Made by a program: the position numbers and the translations under genes
The notes under the pieces: model-generated
The model's input: only the letters and a program-made list of their open reading frames with translations
Database searches by the model: none
What the model was told of the DNA's origin: nothing
Virus record (IMG/VR): IMGVR_UViG_3300030098_004824
Location: 13,557 to 77,556 of that record
DNA length: 64,000 bases
Direction: 5' to 3' (one strand)
Source of the DNA: a virus
Shown here: piece after piece, positions 5,965 through 20,000 of the stretch
How positions within the stretch are numbered: position 1 is the stretch's first letter
Layout of the letters: the number at the start of each line of letters is the position of its first letter

Positions 5965-8037
5965 ATGCCGTTAGTAAACTTTTCTAACCTGGATTTTGAC
6001 CAGGTTAAAACAACTCTTAAGGATTATTTAAAATCTAACTCGGATTTCACGGATTATGACTTCGAGGGATCGAATTTAGCAACAATAATTGATGTTTTAG
6101 CATATAATACGTATATTACTTCATATAATGCCAATATGGTGGCAAATGAAGTATTCATTGATAGTGCAACTTTGAGAGAAAATGTAGTTGCATTAGCAAG
6201 AAATATTGGATATGTACCAAGATCAAGAAAGGCAGCAAAAGCAACTGTTAGTTTTTACGTAGATACTTCAAATGTAACTCCAGTTCCAGTAACATTGACC
6301 ATTAAAAAAGGTCCTGTTGCTGCTACAACAGGCGGTTTTGGAGGACAATCGTTCATTTTTTCAATTTTAGAAGATATTACAGTCCCAGTTGTTGATAATA
6401 TTGCAAATTTTAACGATATTACCGTCTATGAAGGTACTCTTTTACAGTCAAATTACGAATTTTCTTCAAGAAATAAGAATCAAAAGTTTGTTTTACAAAA
6501 TTCTGGTATCGATACTGAGTTAATTTCGGTAGGAGTTAAGCCAACTAGAAATGCTTCAGCATCTACATCATACAAATTACACGATAATATCTTTGACATT
6601 GATTCAAGTTCCAAAGTTTACTATCTCCAAGAGATAAGTGATGAAAGATATGAGATATTTTTTGGTGATGGTATATTTGGACAGTCTCTTGAAGACAGAA
6701 ATTACATTACTGTCGATTATATAATAACAAATGGGGAAGAAGCGAATGGAATTAGTGCATTTAACTTTGCAGGAAAATTAATTCATACACATAGTGGAGT
6801 AGAATATCCAATAACTTCTGGAATTTCCCTATTATCAACTGGATTGCAGTCTTCTGGGGGAGAAACTATTGAAAGTGTGGAGTCTGTTAGAAAATTTGCA
6901 CCTAAAATATATGCTACTCAGAACAGAGCAGTAACTTCTCAAGATTATGAATCACTAATTCCATCTAAAATTTACCCAGAAACAGAATCAATTTCAGTAT
7001 TTGGTGGGGAAGAATTGGTTCCACCTCAATATGGAAAGGTTTTTATTAGTATTAAACCAAGATTTGGTGATTTTTTACCAAATTTAGTCAAACAAAACAT
7101 CAAATCCAAGCTTAAAAAGTATAGTGTAGCAGGTATTGTACCAGAAATTTTGGATTTGAAGTACTTATACTTAGAAGTTGACTCTAAAGTCTACTATAAC
7201 AGTAATTTAACACCAAGTGGAACTGTTGTTGAAAATTCTGTAAGTACTAATACAACAAAATATGCTGATTCTTCAGAATTAAATAAGTATGGTGCAAGAT
7301 TTAAGTATAGTAAATTCTTAAAAATTATTGATGAAAGTAGTGAAGCAATCACCTCTAACATTACTACAATTCAAATTAGAAGAGATTTAAGAGTTGCTTT
7401 GAATGCATTTGCAGAATATTCTATTGGTTTTGGTAACGAATTTTATATTAAGAGTATGAATGGTTACAATATCAAGACTTCTGCATTTAAAGTTCAAGGA
7501 ATTTCCACCGATGTTTATTTGTCAGATATTCCTAATAGTGATAGAGAAAGTGGAGAACTATTTTTGTTTAGTGTTCCATCAATAAACTCTACAAGTCCTA
7601 ACATTATTAAGCGTAATGTTGGTAGTATAAATTATAAAAAGGGTATTTTGACATTGAATCCCATCAATATACTTTCAGGTAAAGTTAAGGATGGTCAAAC
7701 TATTATCGAAATTTCAGGATGTCCTAAGTCAAATGATGTTATTGGATTGCAAGATTTGTATTTACAATTAGATATTGGTAACAGCAAATTTAGTTCAATA
7801 GTAGATGAAATTTCTTCTGGACTTGATCCATCTGCTTCGAATTATATTGTGACTTCAAGTTATCATAATGGTGTTTTAGTACGTCCAGGTGGTAGAGATA
7901 GTAGACCCACACAACCCTCTCAAACGGCATCTACGGGGTCTACAACGTCTTCTAATGCTTCTGTAGGTACTATTGCTAGTGGAACAAGTAATACTCCTAC
8001 ATCATCGTCATCATCTTCATCTTCATCAAGTTATTAA
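5965..8037 (+). CDS. gp6: baseplate wedge subunit
   Basis: FTDYDFEGS, DSATLRENVV, QNRAVTSQDY motifs. Confidence 0.93.
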   Translation: MPLVNFSNLDFDQVKTTLKDYLKSNSDFTDYDFEGSNLATIIDVLAYNTYITSYNANMVANEVFIDSATLRENVVALARNIGYVPRSRKAAKATVSFYVDTSNVTPVPVTLTIKKGPVAATTGGFGGQSFIFSILEDITVPVVDNIANFNDITVYEGTLLQSNYEFSSRNKNQKFVLQNSGIDTELISVGVKPTRNASASTSYKLHDNIFDIDSSSKVYYLQEISDERYEIFFGDGIFGQSLEDRNYITVDYIITNGEEANGISAFNFAGKLIHTHSGVEYPITSGISLLSTGLQSSGGETIESVESVRKFAPKIYATQNRAVTSQDYESLIPSKIYPETESISVFGGEELVPPQYGKVFISIKPRFGDFLPNLVKQNIKSKLKKYSVAGIVPEILDLKYLYLEVDSKVYYNSNLTPSGTVVENSVSTNTTKYADSSELNKYGARFKYSKFLKIIDESSEAITSNITTIQIRRDLRVALNAFAEYSIGFGNEFYIKSMNGYNIKTSAFKVQGISTDVYLSDIPNSDRESGELFLFSVPSINSTSPNIIKRNVGSINYKKGILTLNPINILSGKVKDGQTIIEISGCPKSNDVIGLQDLYLQLDIGNSKFSSIVDEISSGLDPSASNYIVTSSYHNGVLVRPGGRDSRPTQPSQTASTGSTTSSNASVGTIASGTSNTPTSSSSSSSSSSY

Positions 8038-8049
8038 TAAAATATAAAA

Positions 8050-11000
8050 ATGCCAGTAACTGGAATAGCAACTCACAGAGTTAAATTTAATAACGTTGTT
8101 CAGAACCAACTGCCTCAATATGTAAGGAATGAATTTCCTTTAATTGAGAATTTTTTGAAGCAATATTATATTTCTCAAGAATTTGATGGAGCTCCTGTTG
8201 ATTTAATCCAAAATATTGACCAATATGTAAAAGTTGATGAGATAACAAATTTAACAGATTCAGCTGTTTTAAAGGGTAATATTACTGAATATGTTACTAC
8301 AATTAATGTAAATCAGTATTATAGTGAACAACTAGATGGGTTTCCTGATAGTTATGGTATTATAAAAATTGATAATGAGATAATTACATATACTGGAAAA
8401 ACGGCTAATTCATTTACAGGTTGTGTAAGAGGATTTTCTGGAATTTCTTCTCATATTTCTCCAGATAACCCAGAACAGCTAGTATTTGAATCAACAAATG
8501 CTGCAACTCATTTAGATGGTGCAACAATACACAATTTAAGCAATCTTTTTCTAAAAGAGTTTTTAAGGAAAACAAAACGTCAAATCTTACCACTTTTAGA
8601 TGAAAGACAATTTTCTAGTGATTTAGATGAAAATGTATTTATAAAACAGTCAAAAGATTTTTATAGTAGTAGAGGAACGGATAGATCTTTTGAAATCTTA
8701 TTCAAATCTCTTTATAATAAAGAAGTAGATGTAGTAAAACCAAGAGAATTTTTATTTACTCCATCAAATTCAGATTATAGAGTAACAAATGATTTAATAG
8801 TTGAAGCAATAGAGGGTGATCCAACTAATCTTGAATTAGCAACTTTAATACAACAACCATATGCTTTTGGATCAGGAATAGAAAAGGCATATGCACCCAT
8901 AACTGCTGTTGAGAAGATTGTTTCTAACGAAGGAAATAATTTTTATCAACTTAGTATTGATGCTGGATATAGTAGAGATATTAGTGTTGATGGTGCAACT
9001 TATGGTAAGTTTTCTGTTATTCCAAGAACTAGAAATATAGGACAAGTATCTGCAGGTGCTACTTTCTTTGATGTTGATTCAACTGTAGGATTTGGAACTA
9101 CTGGCGAATTGTCAGTTACTTATAATGATGCAAGTATTGGAATTGTATCATACACTTCAAAATCATTAACTCAGTTTTATGGAGTTACTAATGTAACTTC
9201 ACCAATATTAGATGGAACAAATATTGGAATTGATACTTGTGCTTATGGTCAATCAACAGTTGATTCGACAGAAAGAATTAAAGTAAGAATTAATTCTGTT
9301 ATTAATAGGTTAGAATATCCTAAAGATGCTTATTATTATAATGCTGGAGATACTGCAAATATATCTGCTTTAGGTAGAAAATCTAGGAATTTTAAGACAA
9401 AAAATTGGGTCTATAATAACTATGCTCTTTATAATGTAAAAAGCGTATCTTTAGTTGATTCATCTGACCAAACATGGGATATTACTTTATTTGTTGACCA
9501 TGATTTTAAGATAAATGATTCAATTACTATTGTTGGACAAGATGGTGTAGATAGAAATGGTCAAGTTGTTGATGTATTATCTGTTAAATCTTTAACTATA
9601 AAAGGACAGGGTGGATTAAATATTAATGAAACTTATACGATAAACAGAAATATTTCAAAAACATCATCAACTACTTTTATAGATGCAAGAAAATATGCCT
9701 GTAATGTTCAAAATGTATATGAAGATGATAAAGAAATTGTAGTAGCATCACCATCATTACCATCATATACAATTAATACTGATGATAGAACTGTTAAATT
9801 TAGTGGAACCTATGTTGGAACTGAATTGCTAATAACATCAGGATCACTTGCAGATCATGGATATTATACTGGGGATGCTATACAATATGATACGAATATA
9901 ACAACAACAACTTCTTATGATGGTTGGGGTAATACAATCACAAAAAATGTTTCTGGTGAAAGATTATTTCCAACTGGATTATATTTTGTAAAAAGAGTAT
10001 CTGCTAATTCGATAAAATTAGCAAAAAGTAGAACTGATCTTTTTAATGGAGATTTTGTTGAAGTTGAAAGTTCAACTACTGTGGTTGATCAAACAATAAA
10101 ACCCTATAGTTTTAAAGATAGAACTTTAAGTAGTCAAAAATTAATAAGAAAATTTGCTGATCCTGTTTATGATGGAAATGCTAATACAGAAACAAATCCA
10201 GGATATACAGGAATGCTCTGTAATGGAGTAGAAATATTAAATTATAAATCAAATGACGTAGTTTATTATGGACAAATTGATAAAATTGATGTTCTTGATC
10301 CAGGACTTGACTATGATGTTGTAAATCCACCTTCATTATTAATCGAAGATAGTGTTGGGACTGGTGCTACTGGTAGTGTTTCAGTTAAAGGTGTTTTGAC
10401 ACAATTAAGGGTTTTAGACACAGGATTTGATTATCTCGACAAACCAACAGTAACAATATCTGGTGGTAATGGAACTCCTTCTGAAGTTCTGGTCAATATG
10501 AAAAAAATTGATCATTCTACATCTTTCTTTGCAGATCTTGATTCAGATCAGGTTGGACTTGGTACTACAAGTGGAACTTTAGGTGAATGGTATGAAACTA
10601 TAGGGTTTAGTACTTTCCATAAATTTAGAAATAATGAAAAAGTGATATATGATTCTGGTAATCAATCGGGTGTTGGTGGATTATCCACAAATGCTGTATA
10701 TTATGTTTCTACTATGATTGGGCTTGGTAATACTACAGAAAGTTTTACTAAGATAAAATTATATCCAACATTATCTGATTCTCTTGCAGGTATTAATACA
10801 GTGGTTCTTACTTCTTATGGTGAAGGAAGACATGCTTTAAGATCTTTTGAAAAGAAATCTGTACTTGCGGGTATTAATGTAGTATCAGGTGGAATCTATG
10901 AAAATAAGCAAAGAAAAGTTGCTGCTTCTGGTGTAAGTACTTCCAAAGATCAAATCACAATTAAAGATCATGATTATAAAGATGGTGAAATAATTAAGTA

Positions 11001-14000
11001 TACTGCAGGAGATAGTGGAATTGGTGGTCTTACTGATGGATCTGAATATTATATTACAAAGATTGATAATGATACGTTTAAACTATCAACTGTAGGGGTT
11101 GGAACTACTAGTGGTGTTGATTTTTATCAAAAAACAAAACAATACATTAATCTTACATCAATAGGTGTAGGAACACATACATTTAATTATCCTGGTATTA
11201 CAGTTACTGTTTCAGGTAATGTTGGAGTTGCTTCTACTGGATTAGAAACTTTCCAAGCAAGTGTACAACCAATTATTAGAGGAACAATTACATCAGCTAC
11301 CTTAGACGATAAAGGTAGTGGATATGGTACAGGAGAAATTATTAATTATAATAGAAAACCAGATGTTAGTTTGATAAGTGGAGAGCAAGCACAAATTACT
11401 CCAATTGTTGTTGATGGTAAAATAGTAGAAGTGGTTGTTCTGAATAAAGGAAAGCAATATAGTTCTCCACCTGATATAAGAATTAGTGGTGATGGAACTG
11501 GAGCTTCAGTTACACCTATATTGAGTGATGGATTACTATCTTCTGTAAAGGTAGTTGAATCTGGATCAGGATATACTCAACAAAATACATCAGGAATTGT
11601 TGTTTTTACTGGAAGAGGTGCTAATTTTGATCCACATATTCAAAAGTGGACAGTAAATCTTGCTCAGAAGAATAGAGCCCATATTGATGAAGATGATGGA
11701 ATAATTGAAGATGGAATTAATAGATCTTTTGGATTGCAATATTCTCATGTATATGCTCCAAGAAAATATAGACAATCTGTATCTTCTGTAGATCAAGATG
11801 GAAATATTTTATATGGAAATAAAGATTTATATAAGGAACAAGGTCAAGAACAAGTAAGAGATGAACATTCTCCAATTATGGGATGGGCATACGATGGTCA
11901 TCCAATTTATGGACCATATGGATATATTTCTAAAGAAGGTGGTTTAATTGAAAGAATGAGAAGTGGATATATTGAAGAAGCATCTAAAAAGACCAATAGA
12001 CCTTCTTTAATAGAATTTCCTGCAGGATTTTTTGTTGAAGATTATACTTATAAACCATTAACACAAGATACTGTTTTAGATAAAAATAATGGAAGATTTT
12101 GCGTAACCCCAGAATTTCCTAATGGCACGTATGCATATTTTGCCACTATTGATAATATAATATCACAAGAAGCTCCATTTTCTGGATATTTTGAACCAGT
12201 TTTTCCATATTTTATTGGAGATAGTTTTTATGCAAAACCAAATGAATTTAATTTACATAGAACTTCAAATCAAGATGAATTTGATTTAAATGATACTGAA
12301 TATTATAGAAATACTAAACCTTATAATTTAATTGAAGGAAAAATAAATTATAAGTATCTAACAATACCAAATAATTTAAACCAAACAGCAAGTATTAAAG
12401 GAGTTTCTCCTGGTAGAATTGAAAAGATTGGAATAGTAACTGCTGGTTCAGGATATAGAGTAAATGATGAATTAGTATTTGATAATACTGGAACCAAAGG
12501 TGCTGGTGTATCTGCAAGAGTATCAAAACTTAAAGGAGTATCTGTTGATAATATAAGTGTTGCTACTAGTTCTATTACTGGTGTTGAAATATATCCATTT
12601 ACAAAAAATGAATATATTCTTTATTCAGATAATCCTCATAATTTCAATAATCTTGATATAATATCAATTACTGGATTATCTACTGAATCTTCTGGACTTG
12701 AGGGTAATTATATTGCTGGTATCGAAACTGGTACATATGTGTTTGCTGGTGTAGGAACTACTGGTGGAGGTGGATTAGGTCCTGCTACTAGTACTGGAAT
12801 GGTATCTGATATTAATGTAGTAGGAAATCTTGGATTTAATCATATTAGGGAAAATGATATTATTGGGATTGGAACAGAAGAGGTAAGAGTATTAAATGTA
12901 CTAGAAAATGCTTCTGCACTTAGAATTGAAAGAGGAGTAAATGGTGTAACTGGTACATCACATACTGCAGGTGCTGTTTTAAGAATTGATCAAAGAAAAA
13001 TAAAAATAAATGCTGGTTTTAAAACAGATCATAATTATAGAATTAATAAGCAAATATATTTCAATCCATCAGAAACTGTTGGATTAGGAACTACTTCTGG
13101 TGTTGGTATAGGAACTACTATTTTCTTTACTGGAATAACATCAACAAATCTTGGAATATCTTCAATTTATATTCCAACTCAAGCATTGTATATTCCAGGT
13201 CACAATTTAAAAACTGGAGATCAAGTAACATATTCTCCAGGTAATGGTGGATCTGGAATGTCAGTTGGTATGGGTACTACTACTCCAGAAAATGCAGCTG
13301 GAATAACCACACTTACAGATGGTCAAACATTATATGTTGCGAAATATAGTAATGATATAATTGGTTTAGCAACAGTAAGAGTTGGATTGGGTACAACAGG
13401 AATATTTGTAGGACTTGTTACCAATTATCCTTTAGGAAGACAAACTCCTTTATATTTTAGAACTCTTGGTGTTGGTAATAGTCATAGTATTAAAACAAAT
13501 TATTCACCAATAACAGGTGAAATTGTTAGAAATCTTGTAACTATTGATACTGGAATATCAACTCATGGAATACATGTTGGACACGATGTTGACGTTGATG
13601 TCAATACTGGAACAACTACATCGTTTGATTTCCAATATGATGATTTTTATAGAAAACTTATTGTAAATCCAAGATCATTTGATGGTGGTAATATTACTAC
13701 ATCAACAAATTCGATTACAATAACAGATCATAATTGGCAAACAGGTCAAAAAATTATTCATCAGTCTGATGGACCTGCAGAAGGACTTGGTACTAATGAA
13801 ATTTATTATGTAGTTAAAGTTGATAAAGATACTATTAAATTATCTGATAGTTATTATAATGCTACGCAATTTGTACCAAAAACTATTGGAATAGGTACTA
13901 CGGGTACTAATGGTAGCATTAAACCAATTAACCCACCTCTAGAGGTTTATAGGGATGCTACAGTAACCTTTACACTTGCTAATGGTTCTTTAGGATATGA

Positions 14001-17000
14001 GGTTCAAGGAACTAGTTATCCAGCATTTCAATTAAATTTCTATAAAGATAGTAATTTTAAGTATCAATATGATACAAATGATCTTGAGAAAAAATTCAAT
14101 GTTCAAAGAGTAGGTGTTACTGGTGTAGATGGAACCGCAAAAGTAACTTTATCAGTAAATAAAAATACTCCAGATCTTTTATATTACAAATTAGATACTG
14201 TAGAAGTAAGTAGTTTACCTGCAGTTAAATCTGAAATAAATGTTGATGGTGAAGTTCGTGGTAATAATGAATTTGCATCAAAAACAAGTTTATATAATGG
14301 AACCTTTAGAGTTTCTGCTGGAGCAGCTGATACATCTTTCTCATACAGTGTAACTAGAATTCCTGAAAATACTTCTTATATTTCTACTGAAAATGCTACT
14401 ATATTATATACAACCAATTGTACTCATACAGTTGGACCAATTGCAGATGTTGAAATAAAAGATGCTGGCAAAAATTATTATTCTCTTCCAGGAATTACTA
14501 CAATTACTACTGGTGGTGGTAAAAATGCAGTTTTAGAACCTTCTAGTACTTCTATTGGTTTAATAAAAACTGTTAATATTGATAAAATTGGTTTTGATCT
14601 TTCTATTGATAAAACCGTAAGACCTTCTGTTATTTTACCAAATATTATAAAAATAAATTCATTTGCTTCCTTTGAATCTATTGGTATATCTTCTCAGGGT
14701 AAAGGATATAGTACAGCTCCTTCTTTAAAGGTATTTGATGGAAAGGATGATACTTTAATTACCGATCTTGATCTTAGATATGATACGGGTGATACTTCTG
14801 TGGAGATATTGAAAAATACCTATGGAATGAATAATGTACCTCCAAAAATAATTCCTACTGGAAATACAAATGGTGTAGGAATTAGCACTGTTGGATTTAA
14901 TACAATTACCAAGTATGCGACAATAACATTAGATGTTGGATTTAGTACAGCAAATACATTCCCATTTGTTGTTGGTGATAGAGTATTAATTGAAGGTATA
15001 AGTGTTGGTGTTGGATCAACTGGTAAAGGATTTAATTCATCTGCATATAATTACAAATTATTTACTATAACTTCAACAGATCCAAATATTGGTGGAGTTG
15101 GTGCTACTGTATCTTATAGTCTTGATGGTGATTATGATGATGGTGAGATTGTTGGATTATATGATGGTGATAATTCTGCTGGAAGAATAATTGCGGAAAA
15201 AACATTCCCAGTTTTTAATGCAATATTGAAATTTAATGATTTTGCAATTGGAGAAACTGTAGAATCAGATACTACTTCTGGTAGTGTTGAAGCTTGGGAT
15301 AGGCAAAATGGAATTTTAAGAGTTTCAACAAGTGATAACTTTGTTGTTAATGAAAGAATTAAAGGATTAGCATCTAAAACTGAAGGACTTGCTTCTTCCG
15401 TAACAACATATAATTCTTCTTTTGAATTAAGTCCTTTAACTAAGGTTATTAAAGGATCTGAAACTGTATCTGGATTTTTAAATGAGAGTATTCAAAGAGT
15501 TCAAGATAGTTTATATTATCAGAATTTCTCATATGCTTTAAGATCTGAAGTTGATTATGATACATGGGATGATGCTATCAGTGCTTCTGATCATACTGCA
15601 GGGTTTAAGAAATTTTCTGATTATCAATTAGTAACTCCTCCTACAGAAGGAACTGACAATAATATGACGGTTGGAATATCATCCAATTCTATGGAAATTA
15701 CTAATGAATTAGTAGGATTTGTTGATTTAAATTGTGTTTATGATTTTGATTTAGTTAGAGAAAATGTACTTTGGCAAGGAGGTGGATTCTCTTCAGATGA
15801 AATTTATTTCAATAGTAGAATCTTAACTGATTATTATGAATCTGCTGGAAATAGAGTTTTATTACTTGACGATTTTAGTGGATTGTTTAATAGTAATCCA
15901 AGACCAACTCGTTATTCTTTAGTTGATCAATGGCCTCTTAATACCCATAGATCATTAAAATATTTCCTTTTCTATAGAGATAGAAGATTTACTGGAGAAA
16001 AGGAGTGTATGGTTGTTGATCTTGTTCATGATGGATCATATTCTTATATGAACCAATATGGTGGTGTTGATACTAAACAAGCACTTGGAACATTTGATTT
16101 TCAGGTTGATGGTATAGATGGACAATTATTATTTTTCCCATATAAGTATTCTATAAACGATTATGATATTGGATTTATTGCGTATTCTTTAGATGATAAT
16201 ATTTTAGGTATTGGTACAACTAATATTGGTGGAATTGCTCAATTAGATACTACTAGTTGTTCTACGTGGGCAGGAGGTAATCCAGGATTTACTACAACTT
16301 TAGTTTCTGTTGGTCACACATATAGATCAATGAAACTTTTAGTTTCTATGAGTAATAATAATAATGAACATCAATTTAACGAACTTAATATAGTTCATGA
16401 TAATACTGATGCATATGCAGTTGATTATGGAGAATTAGATACTTCTCAAACACTTACAAGAAGAGAATCTACAGGATTTGGAACATATTATGCATATCTT
16501 GATAGTGGAAATATGATTGTTAAATTTATACCAAAAAATAATGGTATTGGAGTAACTATTAATACAATTCAAGTTGGATTAGGTAGTGATATTCCTAATG
16601 GTATTGGAACAGCAAATATGCTACATGCTGATTTAATAGCAAAATCAACAGCTATTGAATCTTCTGGTTCTCCAGGATTCCATACTGTTGGTTCTTATAA
16701 TGAGAATTTTGATGCTGGATATTTCTTTGTACAGGTTTCTGATTCAACAAATAATATGCATTCAGTTCATGAGATACTTGTAGTTGATAATGATACTGAT
16801 GATACTGTTGGAACCACATATGATCTTGAGTATGGTGTAGTTGAAACTAATACTGGACTAGGAACATTTGGATCAAGGTTTAATGGAACTACTAGAGAAT
16901 TATTATTTACTCCAAAAGCAGGACTTGCAGTTACTGTTACCAGTTATATGAATGCTTGGACATTCTTAGATGCACCTTCTGATACTTTGGAATTTAATAA

Positions 17001-20000
17001 TGGAATGATTAGAACTGGTTATGGATTATATGAAGGAACAGAAAATGCTATTAAGAGATCATTTGATTTAACACATGAATTAAATCCAGTATTTGAAAGG
17101 TATTGGGTTGGTAATGATAGTAATATTGTTAGTGTTTCTGCCGATACTATTAAAATTCCAAATCATTTTTGGGTTAGTGGTGAATCTGTCAAGTATAAGC
17201 ATAATGGTGGCATTACATCTGCTATTGGTATAGGACAGAGTAATTTTGCAGGTATAGGAAATACGACATACTTACCAGAAGATTTATTCATTATTAAAAT
17301 TAGTGAAGATAAAGTTAAACTTGCAAGTTCTGCAGAAAATGCATTAAAGAGAATTCCTATTGCATTAGATATTACAAGTGTTGGTATTGGTACTTCTCAT
17401 AGATTTGTATCAACTAATCAAAATGCTAAAGCAATTTTATCTATTGATAACGTAATTCAATCCCCCGTTGTTGCAACTGCAATAACTACTGTTCTTTCAG
17501 ATCAAGTATGGTCAGTTGATGAACATATAAGTGTTAGTGGAATTACATCATTCTTTGGATCTGACATAATCAAGGTTGGCGATGAAATAATGAAAATTAA
17601 GGCTGTTGGTGTTGGATCAACAAACCAATTTAAAGTTCGTAGGGGATGGATGGGTACCCAAATTGGATATGCTCATACTAATACATTGGTTACTAAGATT
17701 AATGGAAATTATAACATAATTGATAATGTATGTACCTTTGCAGAAGCACCATTTGGTAATGTTCCACTATCATCAACTACTAATGCTCCAGATGAAAGAG
17801 ATTGGATTGGAATAGCAACAGGATCTAGTTTTCAAGGAAGAACCTTTATGCGTTCTGGTGTAGAGGATGAAGCAAATGAAACTTATTATAGAAACTTAAT
17901 TTTTGATGATTTCTCTAATGATTTTAATGGAATTGATAAATCATTTACTTTAAAATCAAATGGATCTAATGTTAGTGGATTTTCTACTGAAAATGCAGTA
18001 ATGTTAATTAATGATGTTTTCCAAGCTCCAGGAGCAACTTCAAATTATACATTGGCTGAATCATCTGGTGTTACAACTGCAACATTTACTGGTTTTGCTG
18101 CTTCTATCGGAAATGATGTTAATACTGCAGGTATTCCACTTGGTGGTGTTCTTCTTTCTGTTGGTTCAACTGAAGGATTGGGGTATCAACCTCTTGTATC
18201 TGCTGGTGGCACAGTAACTATAGTTTCAGATCAATTAATTCTTGGTACAGGTCTTACAAATCCAGGTAGTATTTCAACTATTACTATTGGAAATACTGGA
18301 TCTGGATATAGAGCAAGAACAGAATATGAGATTTTGACTGAAATAGCATCTCCAGTTGGTATTGGATCAACAGTAATTTACCTTAAAAATAGAAATAGTG
18401 TTTTTGGTTTAATTGATTTATTAAATACTGGATCTAATATTAAAATTGGAATAGGGACATGGACATCCCCTGTTGATGTTGTTTCTGTTGGTGGAACATT
18501 TGTTCGTTTCCATCCCGATCACGTTCAAGGACATGTTATACCAGTAGATACTCCTGTTAAAATTGAAGTATCGAATCCTACAGTTGGATTTGCTAATGTT
18601 ACAGCTATTGTTAGTGATCTTCAGGATGGTGGATTTATTGGATTATCAACGGCTGCATATAATCCTATGACGGGTATTATGACAGTGACAACTCTTTCCG
18701 AGCACGGAATGAGTGAAGGTGATCATATTAAGATAAGAGATAAGACTCTTGCATTTAGTTGTAATGCGGGTGTTGGTGTTCATACTTATTCTGGTGGAAC
18801 TGTTGGTGCTGCATTTACTGATAATAGTAATAATGCATATACTGTTACAGATGCTGCTTATGTTGGATCAACAGGTCTCTTAACATTAACTATTGGATCT
18901 CATAGTTTAACTACAAGTAATGATATCTGGATTGGTGCTAATAAGATCGTCTTTACTTGTGATGAAGATGGTCATGCAACAGATCACCCATATCCTCGTA
19001 CAACTGATCCAGCATATAATACTGGACTTGATATTGTATCAAAAACTGCCACAACTATTACTGTTAATGTTGGTATTGGATCAACTACAGATGCAAAACT
19101 CTATCCAAGAGAGTCTGATCCTATAAGTGGTAGATGGATAAAGACATCTAATGTATCTTCTAAATCATTTGAAGTTCAAGTTCTTGATAATGCACCTTCT
19201 ACAAATAGGTCTACTCACGTATTCCAGTATGCACACCCTAATGCAATTGTTGTTGGTGAAAAGATTCCAGAATACCATGTTGGTTTTGCTACAATTTTAA
19301 CTGGAACAGGACATATATCAACAAATGTAAGTATAACAAATACTGAACAAAGGTTCTATTCTAAGAGGACAATTTCAAATGTAGGATATAATTCAGTAAC
19401 TGGTATGACTACTGTTACTACAACAACTCCTCATGGATTAATAGATGATGATTTTGTAAAAGTTTCTGGTATTGCATTTACTTGTGATTATAAATCAGAA
19501 GTTAATATTAGTGGTATTGCATATAGTGCAGCAAGTGGAATTATGACGGTTACTACTTCTGCTGGACATGGATTAACAACATATGGAACAGTTGCAAGCA
19601 CTGTTATTTTAACTGGAATTGGTATGACATGTCAGTTAGACAATGGATCATCTACTCATACTTATCCAAGAACTAACGATCCAACTTATAATGGTAATAA
19701 AGTTTTAGAAGTTTTAAGTTCTACTCAATTTGTAGTTAACGTTGGTATTTCAACTGTACCAACATTCTATCAATCAGGAGGAACTGCACAAGGAGCTATT
19801 ATTGCACCAAGACCAAGTGATCCAGCATCTAATGGATCAGAAGTACTTCGTGTAGTAAGTCCAACATCATTTGAAATTAATAGTGGAATATCAACAAGAG
19901 TTCATCGTTATGCAAGAGGTGGAACAGTTGATAAAATTACTGAATTAGAAATTGATTCACCACTTTCATATGAAAATTTACCACTTTATTATTCTTCATC

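Noticed and set aside
7900-8037. Ser/Thr low-complexity tail of gp6 as a frameshift or repeat element
   Set aside because: In frame, ends at a normal stop, and is a simple low-complexity extension.
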